Assembly: GCA_951406725.2 (NCBI GenBank)
Contig: OX597815.1
Span: 123,814,001 to 123,878,000, forward strand
DNA length: 64,000 bases
DNA from: Octopus vulgaris
Lineage: Eukaryota
Direction: 5' to 3'
This document shows positions 39,366 through 52,344 of the stretch, one piece after another (the stretch's first letter is position 1; the number at the start of each line of letters is the position of its first letter). The notes beneath the pieces are model-generated. The model ran no database searches and was not told where the DNA came from. It saw only the letters and a list, made by a program, of their open reading frames with translations. The position numbers and the translations under genes were made by a program.

Positions 39366-40029
39366 ATAATAATAATAATAATAAACGTCTTGTGACATGC
39401 AATACCAGTTCCTAAAATTCTGATGGCATATTGAATTGTATATATACATACGTACTTCAGTAGCTTTAATATAAAAAAAATGTTGGGTTTTCAATGAGTG
39501 AAAAAGTACTTTCTTGAGTTTTGACAGTAATTTAAATAGAAAATTATATTATAGAGGTTGGATAGTTTAATCATACTACAAATTAATTTTGGGAATGTTT
39601 GATATTTAGCTGAAATTAATATTGTGTAAAGGTCACGCTTAAGGTTCAATTTCTCAGATTTATACGGAGGAGTGCGCGCATAAACGCACACACACACACG
39701 TGTGCGCATATAGACGCATGCACACACACTCACAAGCATATATACGTTTGTGTTAATGAATGTACAAGACACAATTGATCACTTACATCTCAAGTAACAT
39801 TATTAGCGATAGCAAAGCTGCTTTCAATCTAGGCTATTGGCTCAAGTGTTGGAGTGTATTTGCACGTTAGAAGTATATAGTTCATCGTTAAGTAAATGCT
39901 TACATTCTGATTCATATGACCGGAACAGACAAGGACAAAATGTTAGAAGTAAATCTAGGTTAAATAAAAGAGGTTACGGAATGACCTTTGACGATGATGC
40001 TATGTTGTTGCTATTGTTGTTGTTGTTGC

Positions 40030-40113
<84 letters not shown>

Positions 40114-40119
40114 CATTCA

Positions 40120-40331
40120 GGCGGCGAGCTGGACGAAATGCTTAGCGGTATTTCGCCTGTCGCTATCTTCTGAGTTTAAAATCCGGCAATATCGACTTTG
40201 CCTTTCATCCTTTAGGAGTCAATGAACTAAGTACCAGTGAAACACGGTCGATGTAATCGACTCATCCTCTCCCCCAAAATGGCTGCCCTTGTGGAAAAAT
40301 TTGAAACCATTATTATTATTATTATTATTAC

Positions 40332-40419
<88 letters not shown>
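40120..40419 (+). mobile_element. SINE family B with expanded (ATT)n tail
   Basis: GGCGGCGAGCTGGACGAAATGCTTAGCGG...GCCTTTCATCCTTTAGGAGTCAATG...TTTGAAACC, then (ATT)n at 40309-40419. Confidence 0.8.
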
Positions 40420-40422
<3 letters not shown>

Positions 40423-40506
40423 TAGTTTTATTTTTATAGCGTGCTTTCACTTCACTACCGAGCGCAGCTCTGTGTACCTTGGGTATGTGCTGTGATTTGT
40501 TGTGAT
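40418..40506 (-). mobile_element. Ultra-short Dong 3'-UTR-only copy
   Basis: The last ~87 nt of the Dong 3' UTR, repeated and separated from the long copy by a short (TAA)n; carries one substitution and a 6-nt length difference. Confidence 0.85.
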
Positions 40507-40517
40507 TATTATTATTA

Positions 40518-42650
40518 TTCAGTAGTTTTATTTTTACTTTTATAGCGTGCTTTCACTTCACTACCGAGCGCAGCTCTGTGTGCCTTGGGTATGTGCTGTG
40601 ATTTGTTGTGATGCTCTGATGGTTATTGTATGGAAAGTGTTCTGCGTAGGATGTGTGCAGTGCCCAGTAGTGCAATTTTCTGTATGTTATATGTGTTTGT
40701 AAGTCCTGGTGTTTTTGTTATGTATTTGTCTGAATATTTTTTTATCATGCCTAATGCACCTACTATGATAGGAATTGTTTCTGTTTTCAGATTCCACATT
40801 CTAGTTACCTCTATTTCCAGGTCTTTGTATTTTGAGAGTTTCTCCATTTCTTTTAGAGACACGTTGTCATCTGCCGGTACTGATACATCAATTAGAAAGC
40901 ATTTTTTTTCTTCATGGTCTCTGACAACTATATCTGGTCTGTTGGCCTTAATTTCTCTATCTGTGTGTATCGGCATATCCCAGAGTATGGTTGCTTTCTC
41001 GTTTTCTGTGACCTTTTCTGGTGTGTGCCTATACCATCTTTTTTCTGTTGTTATTCCATAATGTTGGCATAGCTTCCAATGTATGTAAGTTCCAACTCTG
41101 TCATGTCTGTGAATATATTCCTTCTTAGCCAGGACTGGGCAGCTAGAGATAATATGATTTATTGTTTCTTGTCCATCTCCACATATTCTGCAGTTACTTG
41201 TAATATTTCTTTTCATTACATGTTTTTGGTAATTTCTGGTGGGGAGGCTTTGGTCTTGTGCTGCAATTAAAAATCCCTCTGTTTCTGCTTTGAGTCCTGA
41301 GCTTCTCAACCATTGCTGGGATTTTTCTTTGTCTATTTCTTTTGCGTTTAGTTTAGTCCAGTATTTACCATGAAGGGGCTTTTCTTGCCATCGTTTTATC
41401 ATGGTTCTTTGCTGTTCTATTTTTAGTTTGGATTTCATTTTTTTTATAGCTTTTGTTGTTTCTTCATCTTCTTCTTCTTCTTCATGTTTATTAGGTGGTA
41501 TGATTTCTTGTTTGTATTTGTCAGCTTCCTTAAATACTGAGAACAGTTTTTTGTTTTGCTCGTGTTTTGCCGCTATCTGGATCAGTTTTCCTTCCTTCTG
41601 AAGTAGATATTTTTGCAGTCCTATGGTGGTTATTTTATAGTAGTTTTCCAGCTGTATAAGGCCTCTACCACCTTCTATACGTTGTATATATAGTCTTTCT
41701 ATGTCAGATTTTGGGTGATGCATCCTAGATCCTGTCATTATTTTTCTTGTTTTCCTGTCTATTTTGGTCAGTTCATTTCGTGTCCAGTTAAGGATATTGT
41801 AGCTGTAACTTATAACTGGGACAGCTAAAGTGTTGATACCTATTATCTTGTTTTTAGCATTGAGCTCTGTGTTTAGTATTGATCTAACTCGTCTATAATA
41901 TTCTTTTTTTATTTTCTCTTTCATTTGTGTGTGTTGTGTCTTATCTAGTTCATGGATTCCTAAGTATTTGTAAGTTTGGCTTTGGTCTAATTCTTTTATT
42001 TCATTGGTTTTATCTAGTGTGATGTTGTTACTCTTAACTAGTTTTCCTCTTTTCATGGTTACTTTGGCGCATTTTTCTAATCCAAATTTCATATCTATTT
42101 CTTTGGTAAATCCATGAACTGTCTTTAATAGTGTTTCCAGCTGTTTGTCATTTGCAGCGTATAGTTTTAGGTCATCCATATATAAAAGGTGGCTGATCGT
42201 TTTGCCGTAACATTTATATCCGCATCCAGTTCTATTTAGCATATCAGATAGAGGTGACAGTGCTAAGCAGAAAAGGAGTGGAGAGAGCGTATCTCCCTGG
42301 AATATTCCTCTTCTAATGGGGATGTCTTTTGTTTTCATGAGTCCCTCTTTTGTTTGGAGGTGTAGGACTGTTTGCCATTTATTCATAGAGTGCTCTATGA
42401 ATTTTATGATTGTTGGTGCTACTTTGTTAATGGCTAGTGTTTCGAGGATCCATGTGTGGGGGATGCTATCAAACGCCTTTTTGTAGTCAATCCAGGCCAT
42501 ACTGAGGCCTTTCTTCTTTCTGTGGCTGTCTTCAGTTATGGCTTTATTAATCATTAGTTGATCTTTACAGCCATATGAGCCTTTGCGGCATCCTTTCTGC
42601 TCTTCTGGGAACAGTTTGTTTCCGTCCAGGTGCTTGTTCAGCCTTTGTGA

Positions 42651-42653
<3 letters not shown>
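40518..42653 (-). mobile_element. Young 5'-truncated R4/Dong-clade non-LTR retrotransposon inserted in (TAA)n
   Basis: (TAA)n at both ends, 3' UTR ending AAAATAAAACTACTG-(AAT)n, and an uninterrupted ORF. Confidence 0.93.
40623..42653 (-). CDS. Reverse transcriptase-CCHC-restriction-like endonuclease ORF (N-terminally truncated)
   Basis: RT motifs WIDYKKAFDSI, GIFQGDTLSPLLF and HLLYMDDLKLY; CRICGDGQETINHIISSC knuckle; RLE motifs RHD, RPDIVV, IDVSVP and KLSKY. The frame stays open 33 codons upstream of Met 42554 (ISQRLNKHLDGNKLFPEEQKGCRKGSYGCKDQL) to the truncation point. Confidence 0.9.
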
Positions 42654-42718
<65 letters not shown>

Positions 42719-43470
42719 GGGCGGCGAGCGGGTAGAATCGTTAGTGGCGGATGAAAAGCTTAGCGACATTTCTTCCGGTTTAACGTCCTGAGTTGAAATG
42801 TTGCCGAAGTCCACTTTGCCTTTCATCCTTTCGGGGTCAATAAATTGAGTACCAATCAAGCAGTGGGGGGCGATGTAATCAACTAACCACCTACCCCAAA
42901 ACTTAAGGCCTTGTGCCCAGATTACGTTAAACAAAACGCTTAGAAGCATTTCTTCCATCTTTAAGCTCTAAATTGAAATTTGCCTTTCATCCGTTCACGG
43001 TCTATAAAATAAGTACCAGCTAAGCACTGCAGTCGTTGTAACCGACTAATCTTCTTCCCTCCCACAAATTTCAGACCTTGTGTCTATAGTAGAAAAAATT
43101 ATTATTATCAGCGAGCAGGTAAAATCATAAGCATGCCGGACAAAATTCTCAGTGGTATTTCTTCCGGTTTTTCCGTTCTGAGTTCAAATCCCGCCAAGGT
43201 CGACTTTACCTTTTATCCTTTCGGAGTCGATACCAGTCGAACACTGGGACCGATATAATCGACCGCGCCTCCTGCCAAAATTTCAGGCCGCTAAGAATAA
43301 TTAAGGTGGCGAGCTGGCAGAATCGCTTGTTCAAGTGTCACCGACGTCAACTCCGCTTTTCATTCTTTCGGGGGCGATAAAATAAAGTACCAGTCAAGTG
43401 GTGGGGTCGGTACAATTAACTTTCACCCTCCCCTTAAATCTGTTGGCCTTGTATCAAAATAGAAACAATT
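42719..43470 (+). mobile_element. Four head-to-tail SINE family B copies
   Basis: The central CCTTTCATCCTTTCGGGGTC-like domain recurs four times (about 42815, 42980, 43205 and 43355). The array starts right after (TTA)n. Confidence 0.8.
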
Positions 43471-43877
43471 GTTGGTCTTCTTCTTCCTCTTAGTTTATAA
43501 ATCATGTTCGCCTACTACAACTGGGATATAGATGCTGTGGCGGTATGAATCTGAAGGTAGCACTGGTAATTTCGCCCAGATACCAAGCTTGGGTCACTCT
43601 TAGTTTACCTTTCTTTTCCTTTTATCGATTCACTGTTTGAATACCAGTTGGCTTCGCTCCTTAGTCATTGAGATAGATTAGCCACCACACGACAACCACG
43701 AGATGATTCGGTGCCAATTCCTCCACAAGGCACAAACTATCACGTATTGCACTGGTTGGCAGCCTGCCACTTCGAACAGGGGGAATACGAAGCAATCATT
43801 CAAGCTGGCTAAGCATACATCAATGAAATTTCGAATGTAAAAGAGACACCACACGAAACAGCATCAGCAACAGCAGT

Positions 43878-44200
43878 GGAGGCGCAATGACCCAATGGTT
43901 AGGGCAGCGGACTCGCGGTCGGAGGATCGCGGATTCGATTCCCAGACCGGGCGTTGTGTATGTTTATTGAGCGAAAACACCTAAAGCTCCACGAGGCTCC
44001 GGCAGGGAGTGGTGGCGCTACAACTTTCTCTCACTCTTTCTTCCTGTTTCTTGTCCCCGACTTCCTACGCAACCGCTGAGCCTGGATGCGCATTCATCCA
44101 TCCGTTGATGCTCTCGGTGTCGGGGGTTGACCTGCTTTTTCTTCTGCGGGTCTTACGAATAGCAAAGGACCACGTTTCGGACTTCTCCCACTACAGACGG
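43878..44200 (+). mobile_element. tRNA-derived SINE, family D, followed by a (CAA/CAG)n tail
   Basis: GGAGGCGCAATGACCCAATGGTTAGGG (A box) ... GGATTCGATTCCC (B box), a unique body, then compound trinucleotide repeats to about 44380. Confidence 0.7.
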
Positions 44201-44332
44201 GACAACGACGACGACGACAACAGCAACAACAACAGCAACAACAACAACAACAGCAGTAATAGCAGCAGTAGCGGCGAGGGTAGCAGCTGCGGTGGTGACG
44301 ACCGTGGCGGCAGCAGCAGTAGTAGCAGTAGT

Positions 44333-44363
<31 letters not shown>

Positions 44364-44933
44364 ACAACAACAACAGTAACATACATACAAAGAACTTATA
44401 CTGCTTTGGTATGCCTAATTAGACATCAAGGAAAAGAATCTCGGTGATTAAACTCACTGATAACAGAAAGAAATTGCTTATTTACCGCCCCGAAATCAAA
44501 TTAGAGCATTTCATCGGTTTTACTAAAACATAGTCGCAGCCATATTAGATAAAAACTAAAATATAAAGTAATATAACGTCATCTAAAATAAATAAACAAA
44601 AGTGAAAGTGTCTTACTGAATATTGAGCCTCATGGACCTATGTATTGACATGTGTATATGTATGTGTGTGTGTATGAATGTGTGTAATACACATACACAC
44701 ACATATTATATATCTGCGTGTGTCTGTGTATGTCCCCCACCACTGCTTGGCAACCAGTATTAGCATGTTTACACCCCTGTAGCTTAGTGGTTCTGAAAAA
44801 GAGACTGCAAAAAAAATCCTGAAGTCGATTTGTTCGACTAAAAATCCTTCAAGCAGACCCAGCATGGCAGCAGCCAAATGATTGAAACAAATAAAAAAAA
44901 AGATATATATAGTGAAAGAAAGAAGGAGAGAGC

Positions 44934-45005
<72 letters not shown>

Positions 45006-45885
45006 TATATAGATAAAGAAAACGAGTTGAGAATTACAGAGGATGAGAGAACACTAAAATATTTTACACAAATAGTCATAACAAATATATGAAACAATAA
45101 CAAAACACTGAATGGAACACATTGTCAATATTTCTTAGCATTTATTCAAACCGATCTGACAAACTTCGAATTAATTTTGAATCTATCGCTGACTAATCCA
45201 GTCAACAATATCTTAAATGTCGAGACGCTAACAAAGTTTGTTATCTCAACGGGAGGTTCTGATTTAACTAATCAGCAAGCAGTAATATTTTCGAAATCTA
45301 TTTTATAACTCGAAAGATTTCTTACTTTCTCCAAATCTTGTTTCGGTTCCTGTTTACAAAACGTATATTTATAAATATCTAGTTGTAATCTTTGGAGCAA
45401 AACTACTTTAGTTTGATCCAACGATATGTTTTTTTTTTACTATAGAAGTGGATCAAAGGATTCCTACAGGAATATTTGTAAACTGAAAGAGACGACATCT
45501 GATTTAATACGCTTCAGCCATTGTTGTAAATGGCTGTTGATGCTCTATCTTGCAATCAGCGTCATGCAGCACCAGTCTTCAACTCTTTTACAATTGGTAC
45601 AAGCATGAGAATATTAGCTTCAAATGATAATGCATCGAAGAGTGTAATAAACAGGAGAGTTACATTCCAAGCAAGTAGTAGTTAAACAGATAGAAACGAA
45701 ACTTTTGATCATTCCTGCTATAGGACAAATGAAGTGTCTACACTGCTCAGTTGACCAACAGAAGTTTTTCAGACTTTTAAGTTGCTTACGTCTTAGAATA
45801 ATCTATGAACTAGTTAGAATTAAGGGGGATAAAATATGAATTATTCAAGAGTCGGGTTTAAGAATATATATATACACATACATAA

Positions 45886-45925
<40 letters not shown>

Positions 45926-46613
45926 ACGCACACACATACACACACACGGGCGCGCGCGCACACACACACACACACACACATACACAAATTCATCCAGTGA
46001 TCCAATCAAGTAACTTGTACGAAAATCTATCGCCCGAAAGCTAGTGTCTTGAATGAATTAATTTGGACGAAACTAAGAGAATTGTTACAAACAGGTTTAA
46101 AATAATTGATGACAATTAAAAAGGTGTATTTTCCTTGGCTTTTAAAAAAAATTATTTATCCATGGCACAACCAAGACACGCTGTTCTGAAGATTTGTATT
46201 TTTCTTTTTGTTTCCGATGAAATCAAATGAAAAACTTTCGTATATTATGATACTTCTGACAAAAGGCTTCCCCTTTTTCCTTGGTAGCATTTTCTTTCAC
46301 TTTGATTTGTGTAGTGATTAATAAGTAACGAAAATTTCATTTTAATCAGCGTTACATCTCTTCAGGGTGAAGAGTGAATTATATGTCAATAAAAATACAT
46401 CTAATCATTTGTATTTTTTATTTTGAAGAATATGATTGCGCGATAAAAGAATCATAGCAACTCCTTAATTCAAGGAGATGACGTCATCAGGGAGATCAGA
46501 AGAGAGAATGTCAGAAAGACAGGTTATGAAAATATTACTGTGTTTTACATTTAATTGTAGTAAATCCAGAGTAGTTCCGTTTTAAATCCTTTTTTACGAA
46601 GGTTGTATTTGAT

Positions 46614-46885
<272 letters not shown>

Positions 46886-47301
46886 TTCGTATGTTCTCTT
46901 ATGTTTTACTTTCAAAAGTAAAGCACTGTTCTGTTTGCTTATAAAGCAGAAACATAATTATTTCACGTCGTATCTTTTATAAAAATAGAGAGAAATAGCC
47001 AAAACTTTTCGTTCAAGCCATCTATATATAATATGTTGTGCAGGGGTTTTATTTTGTACATCAAATACATGTACATAGTCATCATGGCAAACTTTTGGTG
47101 TTGATAAATGTATCAATGTTGATAGTTTTCTATCAGGAACAGCCGAGTGCCAAGCCTTGATATAATTGTACAAGTTGCGAAGTGGATTTGACATCATTCA
47201 ACTTCTGTATTGCTTAATTTCGTCATGGGACGGCTGGTTGAAATGGGTTGATATAAGATGAGCACACGTCACTATCTTCAGAGTCTACTCTTATATCACA
47301 G

Positions 47302-47321
47302 TCAATTGTATTGACAAGAAC
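47302..47321 (-). CDS. EGFL7/8: EGFL7/8-like gene, terminal coding exon: (C)SCQYN*
   Basis: Acceptor TTTCTCCTATATTTTTCTAG|GT TCT TGT CAA TAC AAT TGA. The phase 1 join gives ...EEKLSTTCSCQYN*, matching the EGFL7/8 C-terminal CSC motif. Confidence 0.8.
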
Positions 47322-47753
47322 CTAGAAAAATATAGGAGAAATATTGAAATGGTTTGGTAAATCAGAAGTGTTCCACACATTAACCGTGTGGAAATGAAAT
47401 TATGAAACTTCTATTGGGTTTGTTAAACATAAGACTATATCATTCACAGGAAAATAACTTAAAAGTTGAGCATTCTAGCCATATTCATTTTTAAAAATCA
47501 CATTCATTCATCCATTTTTTTTTCTGTGTATGTCAGAAGTGACTTCTAGAAGCCGGTTAGCAATCAGTAATAAAACGGGTCTCAAGCAACTACTTAGTAT
47601 TGAGAGTCACAAAAAGAGAGATTAAATCTGAGAAGCTGTCCTAAGAATCATAAAAGACAAGTGTTTCTGTATTGTTACACACTCATTGGAAAAGTCCACC
47701 CTAAAGTTAAAACCCAACAGATAAAAAGAAATCAAAAACAAAGAAAACCTTAC

Positions 47754-47967
47754 ATGTTGTTGATAGTTTTTCCTCTAGGATACCAATCTGTTCACTGAGA
47801 GATTCTACTCTTTCCCGTAGATCATAAGCAGAATAATAACCATTGGAAGACAAGGTCGTTTTTACCGTTGTGGGGCTTGGTGTCGGTCGTTTTTTAATAT
47901 CATTTATAAGTGCAATTGTTTTCTTGTAGTCTCTTTGTATGACATTTATACTTTCATACATTTCTTC
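47754..47967 (-). CDS. EGFL7/8: EGFL7/8-like exon: coiled coil, Pro/Thr linker, RVESLSEQIGILEEKL
   Basis: Acceptor TTTTTTTCCATATTGGCAG|, donor |GTAAGG; 214 nt, phase 0 to 1. SLSEQIxxLEE is the conserved EGFL7/8 C-terminal motif. Confidence 0.88.
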
Positions 47968-48512
47968 CTGCCAATATGGAAAAAAATACCAAACTCTTCA
48001 GAAATGAATTATAATGAGTTATGTAAAGAAGAGCAAATAGGAAAGAAAACATGTGTTACACTCTATCTGAAACTGTAGATCAGAAATATATCGGACAAGG
48101 TATCTTTGAGCAAAAGAAAGATAAAGTAACAAAATTAAAGTAATGAAAAAGATATAAAATATGTTATAGAGGAAAAGGAAGAGGTGTATATATATATATG
48201 GAAAAAAAAGTCAAAATAGAAAATGCTAAAATAATTTTATAAAAAACATTTTAGTACCAGTTTCAGTCATTGAGACTTTTTCAACAGTTTAAATTTAGAA
48301 AAATTAAAAGAAAAGTTTTTTTGAAAGAATATTTGTATAGTGTTCAAATACAAGTGGCATTTCCTTGTTTTTGTCTGTCTCTGTCTCTCTTGTTTACCCT
48401 TGTGGGTTCGAGGTCCTTGTGAATTCTTGGTAGGGAAGAAGAAGAAAAAAAGGAAGGAGGAGAATAAGGGGAAGAAGAATAATAATTTGGGAGTGCCATG
48501 GTAGTAGTATTT

Positions 48513-48589
<77 letters not shown>

Positions 48590-48685
48590 TAGGGGAGAAT
48601 TCACAAAAAACCCCCCAAAAGACCAAGACACAGGTGGTGTACACAACAAACAGACGTATTAGTTTAACGCTCGGGAAGTGTAAAA

Positions 48686-48687
<2 letters not shown>
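48590..48687 (-). mobile_element. Terminal fragment of a sister family of the 20981/34334 pLTR-like element
   Basis: AACAAACAGACGTATTAGTTTAACGCTCGGGAAG parallels AACAAATATAGTATTATTGGACGCTCAGGAAAG; (TA)n on both sides. Confidence 0.5.
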
Positions 48688-48720
<33 letters not shown>

Positions 48721-48748
48721 TGTATATATACATACATACATACATACA

Positions 48749-48830
<82 letters not shown>

Positions 48831-48884
48831 TGTGTGTGTAAATAGTCGGAAAAGCCGCATTATCTTTTCTACTACAGGCTAAAG

Positions 48885-49302
48885 ATCTGAGATCGTTTAG
48901 AGACGGGGGCTTGTCGATTACATCACCCTCAGAGCTCAATTGGTGCTTATTTCATCGACCTCGAAAGTATGAAAGGCAAAGTCAACATCGGCGGAATTCG
49001 AACTCAGAGCGTTGTGACAGACGAAATGACGTTAAGTATTTTCTTCGTCGATTATGTCGGCTTCCCGTCTTGGAAAAAGTTGTAATATCGATTTCAAATT
49101 TTGACACAAGGCTAGCAATTTCAGGGTAGAGGGTCAGTCGATTACAACGACCTCAGTGCTCAACTACAACTTATTTTATCGGTCCTAAAAGAATGAAAGG
49201 CAAAGTTGACCTCGGCACATGTCTACTCAGAACGTAAAGATGGCCGAAATGCCGCTAAACATTTTGTACAGCGCGCTAAAATTCTACCATCTCGCCGCCT
49301 TA
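48885..49302 (-). mobile_element. Two tandem SINE family B copies (intronic)
   Basis: ATGAAAGGCAAAG...CGGC...ACTCAGA occurs twice, ending CTCGCCGCCTT. Confidence 0.75.
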
Positions 49303-49744
49303 GGAAAAGTTGTAATATCGCTTGCAGGATCTGCATGCGACATCTTTTGTAAACCGCATAGCAAAAGTGATGCCAAAACTCTTGATCACTTAAATTAGTC
49401 AGTTTAAATTGAGTAGCTACTTAATTTACTCGTATTTATTCAAGGTTTAGTATCATATCATTTAATATATACAGTATTTAAATATGAGCTACTAATAGTT
49501 TCATGCAGTGGAAGCAATGATTCGTTAGATTTATATTGTATCTCCAAGCAATCTTTCAAGCTCAGTACACATGGTTGCTGTTAGTTGGAAAGCAAAATGC
49601 TGGTGTATGAGAAAAAACCGAAAAGAGGGTTTTGCAAACGGTGGAACGAAAAACAAAAGGTGAATAAAAGTGGAAAAAGAAAAGAAAAGACAGAAAACCA
49701 AGAGTTATCGAAAACAATTAATCTATCTAGAATAATTAAATGGC

Positions 49745-50090
49745 GAGGATGCTAAAGTCTGCGAAACAGCTGCTCAATCCGGAGAAGCTGGTGTCCTCCA
49801 GTTTTGCATAAGACATTTCTCCGTGTACTTGCATTTGCTCAAAATTTCGGATCTGGAATTAAGTTGTGTGATGGATTTCTTGAATCTAAGAAAGATATGC
49901 GATTTTTCAGCAACATGTAACTTGCATCTCTCTTATCCATTTATAAATGGCGTAGAATTCTCCACGATTCTCCACTTGATTGTCTGTGGTGTGCAGTTTG
50001 TTTTCAGATCCCACGCATGGCTAGCCAACTCAGAGGCTTTATTTTTATCGATGAGTTTGCATATCGTCTTTTAAAGTTGCGACTCCATAA
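49745..50090 (-). mobile_element. Penelope-like (Neptune-type) GIY-YIG C-terminal remnant
   Basis: Minus strand reads NKASELASHAWDLKTNCTPQTIKWRIVENSTPFING*ERCKLHVAEKSHI...LNSRSEILSKCKY, typical of PLE endonuclease ends. A decayed hammerhead-like GAGGATGC...GCGAAACAGCTG lies on the + strand at about 49745-49775. Confidence 0.7.
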
Positions 50091-50701
50091 ACCGGCACAA
50101 ATTTTCTTTTCAATTACATTATTTTGAATCACTACTGTTTATCACTACCGAGTTTATCAAACACGCTTGATCAAGATAGCAATGCTTATCTATTAATGCC
50201 AGACAAGTTTTTGCCTATGTTAGTTTTTAAAAAGTGGATGGGGGACATAATTTTACTGGGTCGATTTTTAGGTTTCCTATTTTTAATTGAAAGGTTCTAA
50301 GATGTCTTATTGAAGACGCTGTTAGCTAGGGCATTGTTACAGTAGGGGGACTGCCTTTCAAATATTTCCTTTGAACAGGGGAGATTAGATATCCCGTTAC
50401 TAATGTTGGTTTGGTATTCTATATCTCTAGTACAGAAGTTATAAAAGTCGTATTATTGCCTTGTGTGTGTGTAAATGTGTTTGCGTGTGTGGCTATATAC
50501 GATTAACGTTTTTAATGTGTCCATTCGCAATTCATGACAATGTATGATTTGTGATAAATATGGCTACTATAACAGTTTGAGCAATCGTGAAAAGGCCTTC
50601 CATAGTTGGCTCGAAAGAAATTTTGTTGTACATTCTCAGATCAAGCGTAATAGAATAAAATCGATTTTTCGAGAATATTTAAAGCATCAAATTAAACATA
50701 C

Positions 50702-50790
50702 CTTTTCTTTTTCCAGTATTATAACCTTTTCTGTTAAATTCTTGACATCAGCTTGTAAGTCTCTGTATTCTTCATTGCATGTTAGACATA
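50702..50790 (-). CDS. EGFL7/8: EGFL7/8-like exon: (I)CLTCNEEYRDLQADVKNLTEKVIILEKEK
   Basis: Acceptor CTCTTTCCAACCAG|, donor AAG|GTATGT; 89 nt, phase 1 to 0; heptad pattern. Confidence 0.85.
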
Positions 50791-50936
50791 CTGGTTGGAA
50801 AGAGACGACAGGAACTAATTTAGCATGCATCAATATCATATAATTTGAATATAATTTGAATATTCACAACGATAATACGTGTATAATAACATGGAACAAA
50901 AATGCCACTCATATACGCAATAATTGTATCCCATGT

Positions 50937-50985
<49 letters not shown>

Positions 50986-51014
50986 ATATCTATCTATCTA
51001 TCTATCTATCTGTA

Positions 51015-51050
<36 letters not shown>

Positions 51051-51103
51051 CCTCTCCCCTTCTCTCTGTATATATTTAATATATTTACGTGTGTGTATGT
51101 TTG

Positions 51104-51164
<61 letters not shown>

Positions 51165-51169
51165 TTGTG

Positions 51170-51360
51170 TGTGTGTGTTTGTCCCCCTAGCATTGCTTGA
51201 CAACCGATGCTACTGTGTTTACGTCCCTGTCACTTAGCGGTTCGGCAAAAGAGACCAATAGAATAAGTACTGGGCTTACAAAGAATAAGTCCCGGGGTTG
51301 ATTTGCTCGACTAAAGGCGGTGCTCCAGCATGGCCGCAGTCAAATGACTGAAACACGTAA
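51170..51360 (+). mobile_element. SINE family A 3' half
   Basis: GTCCCCCTAGCATTGCTTGACAACCG...CAGTCAAATGACTGAAAC. Confidence 0.8.
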
Positions 51361-51814
51361 TATATATATATATATTTACACACACACACACAGGCGATTG
51401 AGCAAATGAATGAAAGTAACACTCGACACATTTGGTAGGAGCTATGAGAGTTTATCTCAACTTCAGATGACTTAAAGTTTCATGCTAATGGCACCATTTT
51501 CGCGAGTTTTACTCGATTACATCGATCTTGATATTTAAGTCTGGTGCTTATTTTGTCAAAAGCTGTTTCTTGTAGTGTTAAAATAATATAATATACAGCA
51601 TTTAGACAGGTGAAACCAAAAACCCAAAGGCAGTCACATAGAGGCATGTACAGGACAGAATTCTGCGTAAATTACGTCATACAGTTTCAATTCACAATGT
51701 GTTGGACAATCCGAGACTATTGTTGAAAACACTTACCCAATGTGCTGCGCAGTGGGGTAGAATTCAGAACCATGTGACTCGAGTAAACATCTTAATCCAC
51801 AGCTACTTATATAT

Positions 51815-52189
51815 ACCTTGCAGGTCGGGACCAGGTAGAGTAGCCTATTCCGCTCAAAAGGTCCCTGAATGTTTAAGGGTGTTGAGCGAAACACCCATGT
51901 TTCCAAAGGTGAATTATCTAAACTCCAAAGTATTTTTATCAGCACATGGCTATGATGCTCCCTTACTACTTCTGCTCGTGATCAGAGATGCACATATCGT
52001 CAACCAATAAGGGACATGCTCAATTGGTTATGGTCAAACAACTGACAAGGAAATCTGTGGTATTGAGCAGAATATTTGTTGTAGCCCATGTTTTTATATC
52101 AAGACAAAACAATGTCCATGATAATATTCCCAATCAGTTAAGATGAGAAGCCATGAAAGCCACTGCCTGGTACTGCATCAGGGCATTTA

Positions 52190-52192
<3 letters not shown>
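51815..52192 (-). mobile_element. Second, partial copy of element E
   Basis: Reverse complement of about 37967-38330; starts at the same base next to (TAA)n. Confidence 0.75.
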
Positions 52193-52245
<53 letters not shown>

Positions 52246-52344
52246 GTTGTTGTTGTTGTTGTTATTGTTGTTGTTGTTGTTGTTGGTGGTGTTGCTGTTG
52301 TTGTTGTTGTTGTTATTGATATTACTGTTGTTGGTGGTGTTATT

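Noticed and set aside
44009-44422. Ser/Asn-, Cys- or Leu-rich ORFs
   Set aside because: They come from the SINE body plus a compound trinucleotide tail.
46958-47197. 79-aa minus ORF
   Set aside because: It lies downstream of the EGFL7/8-like stop in the presumed 3' UTR and has no recognisable domain.
47707-47753. Hydrophobic tail KVFFVFDFFLSVGF of ORF 47707-47961
   Set aside because: This is read-through past the GTAAGG donor; the spliced form restores the conserved CSC ending.
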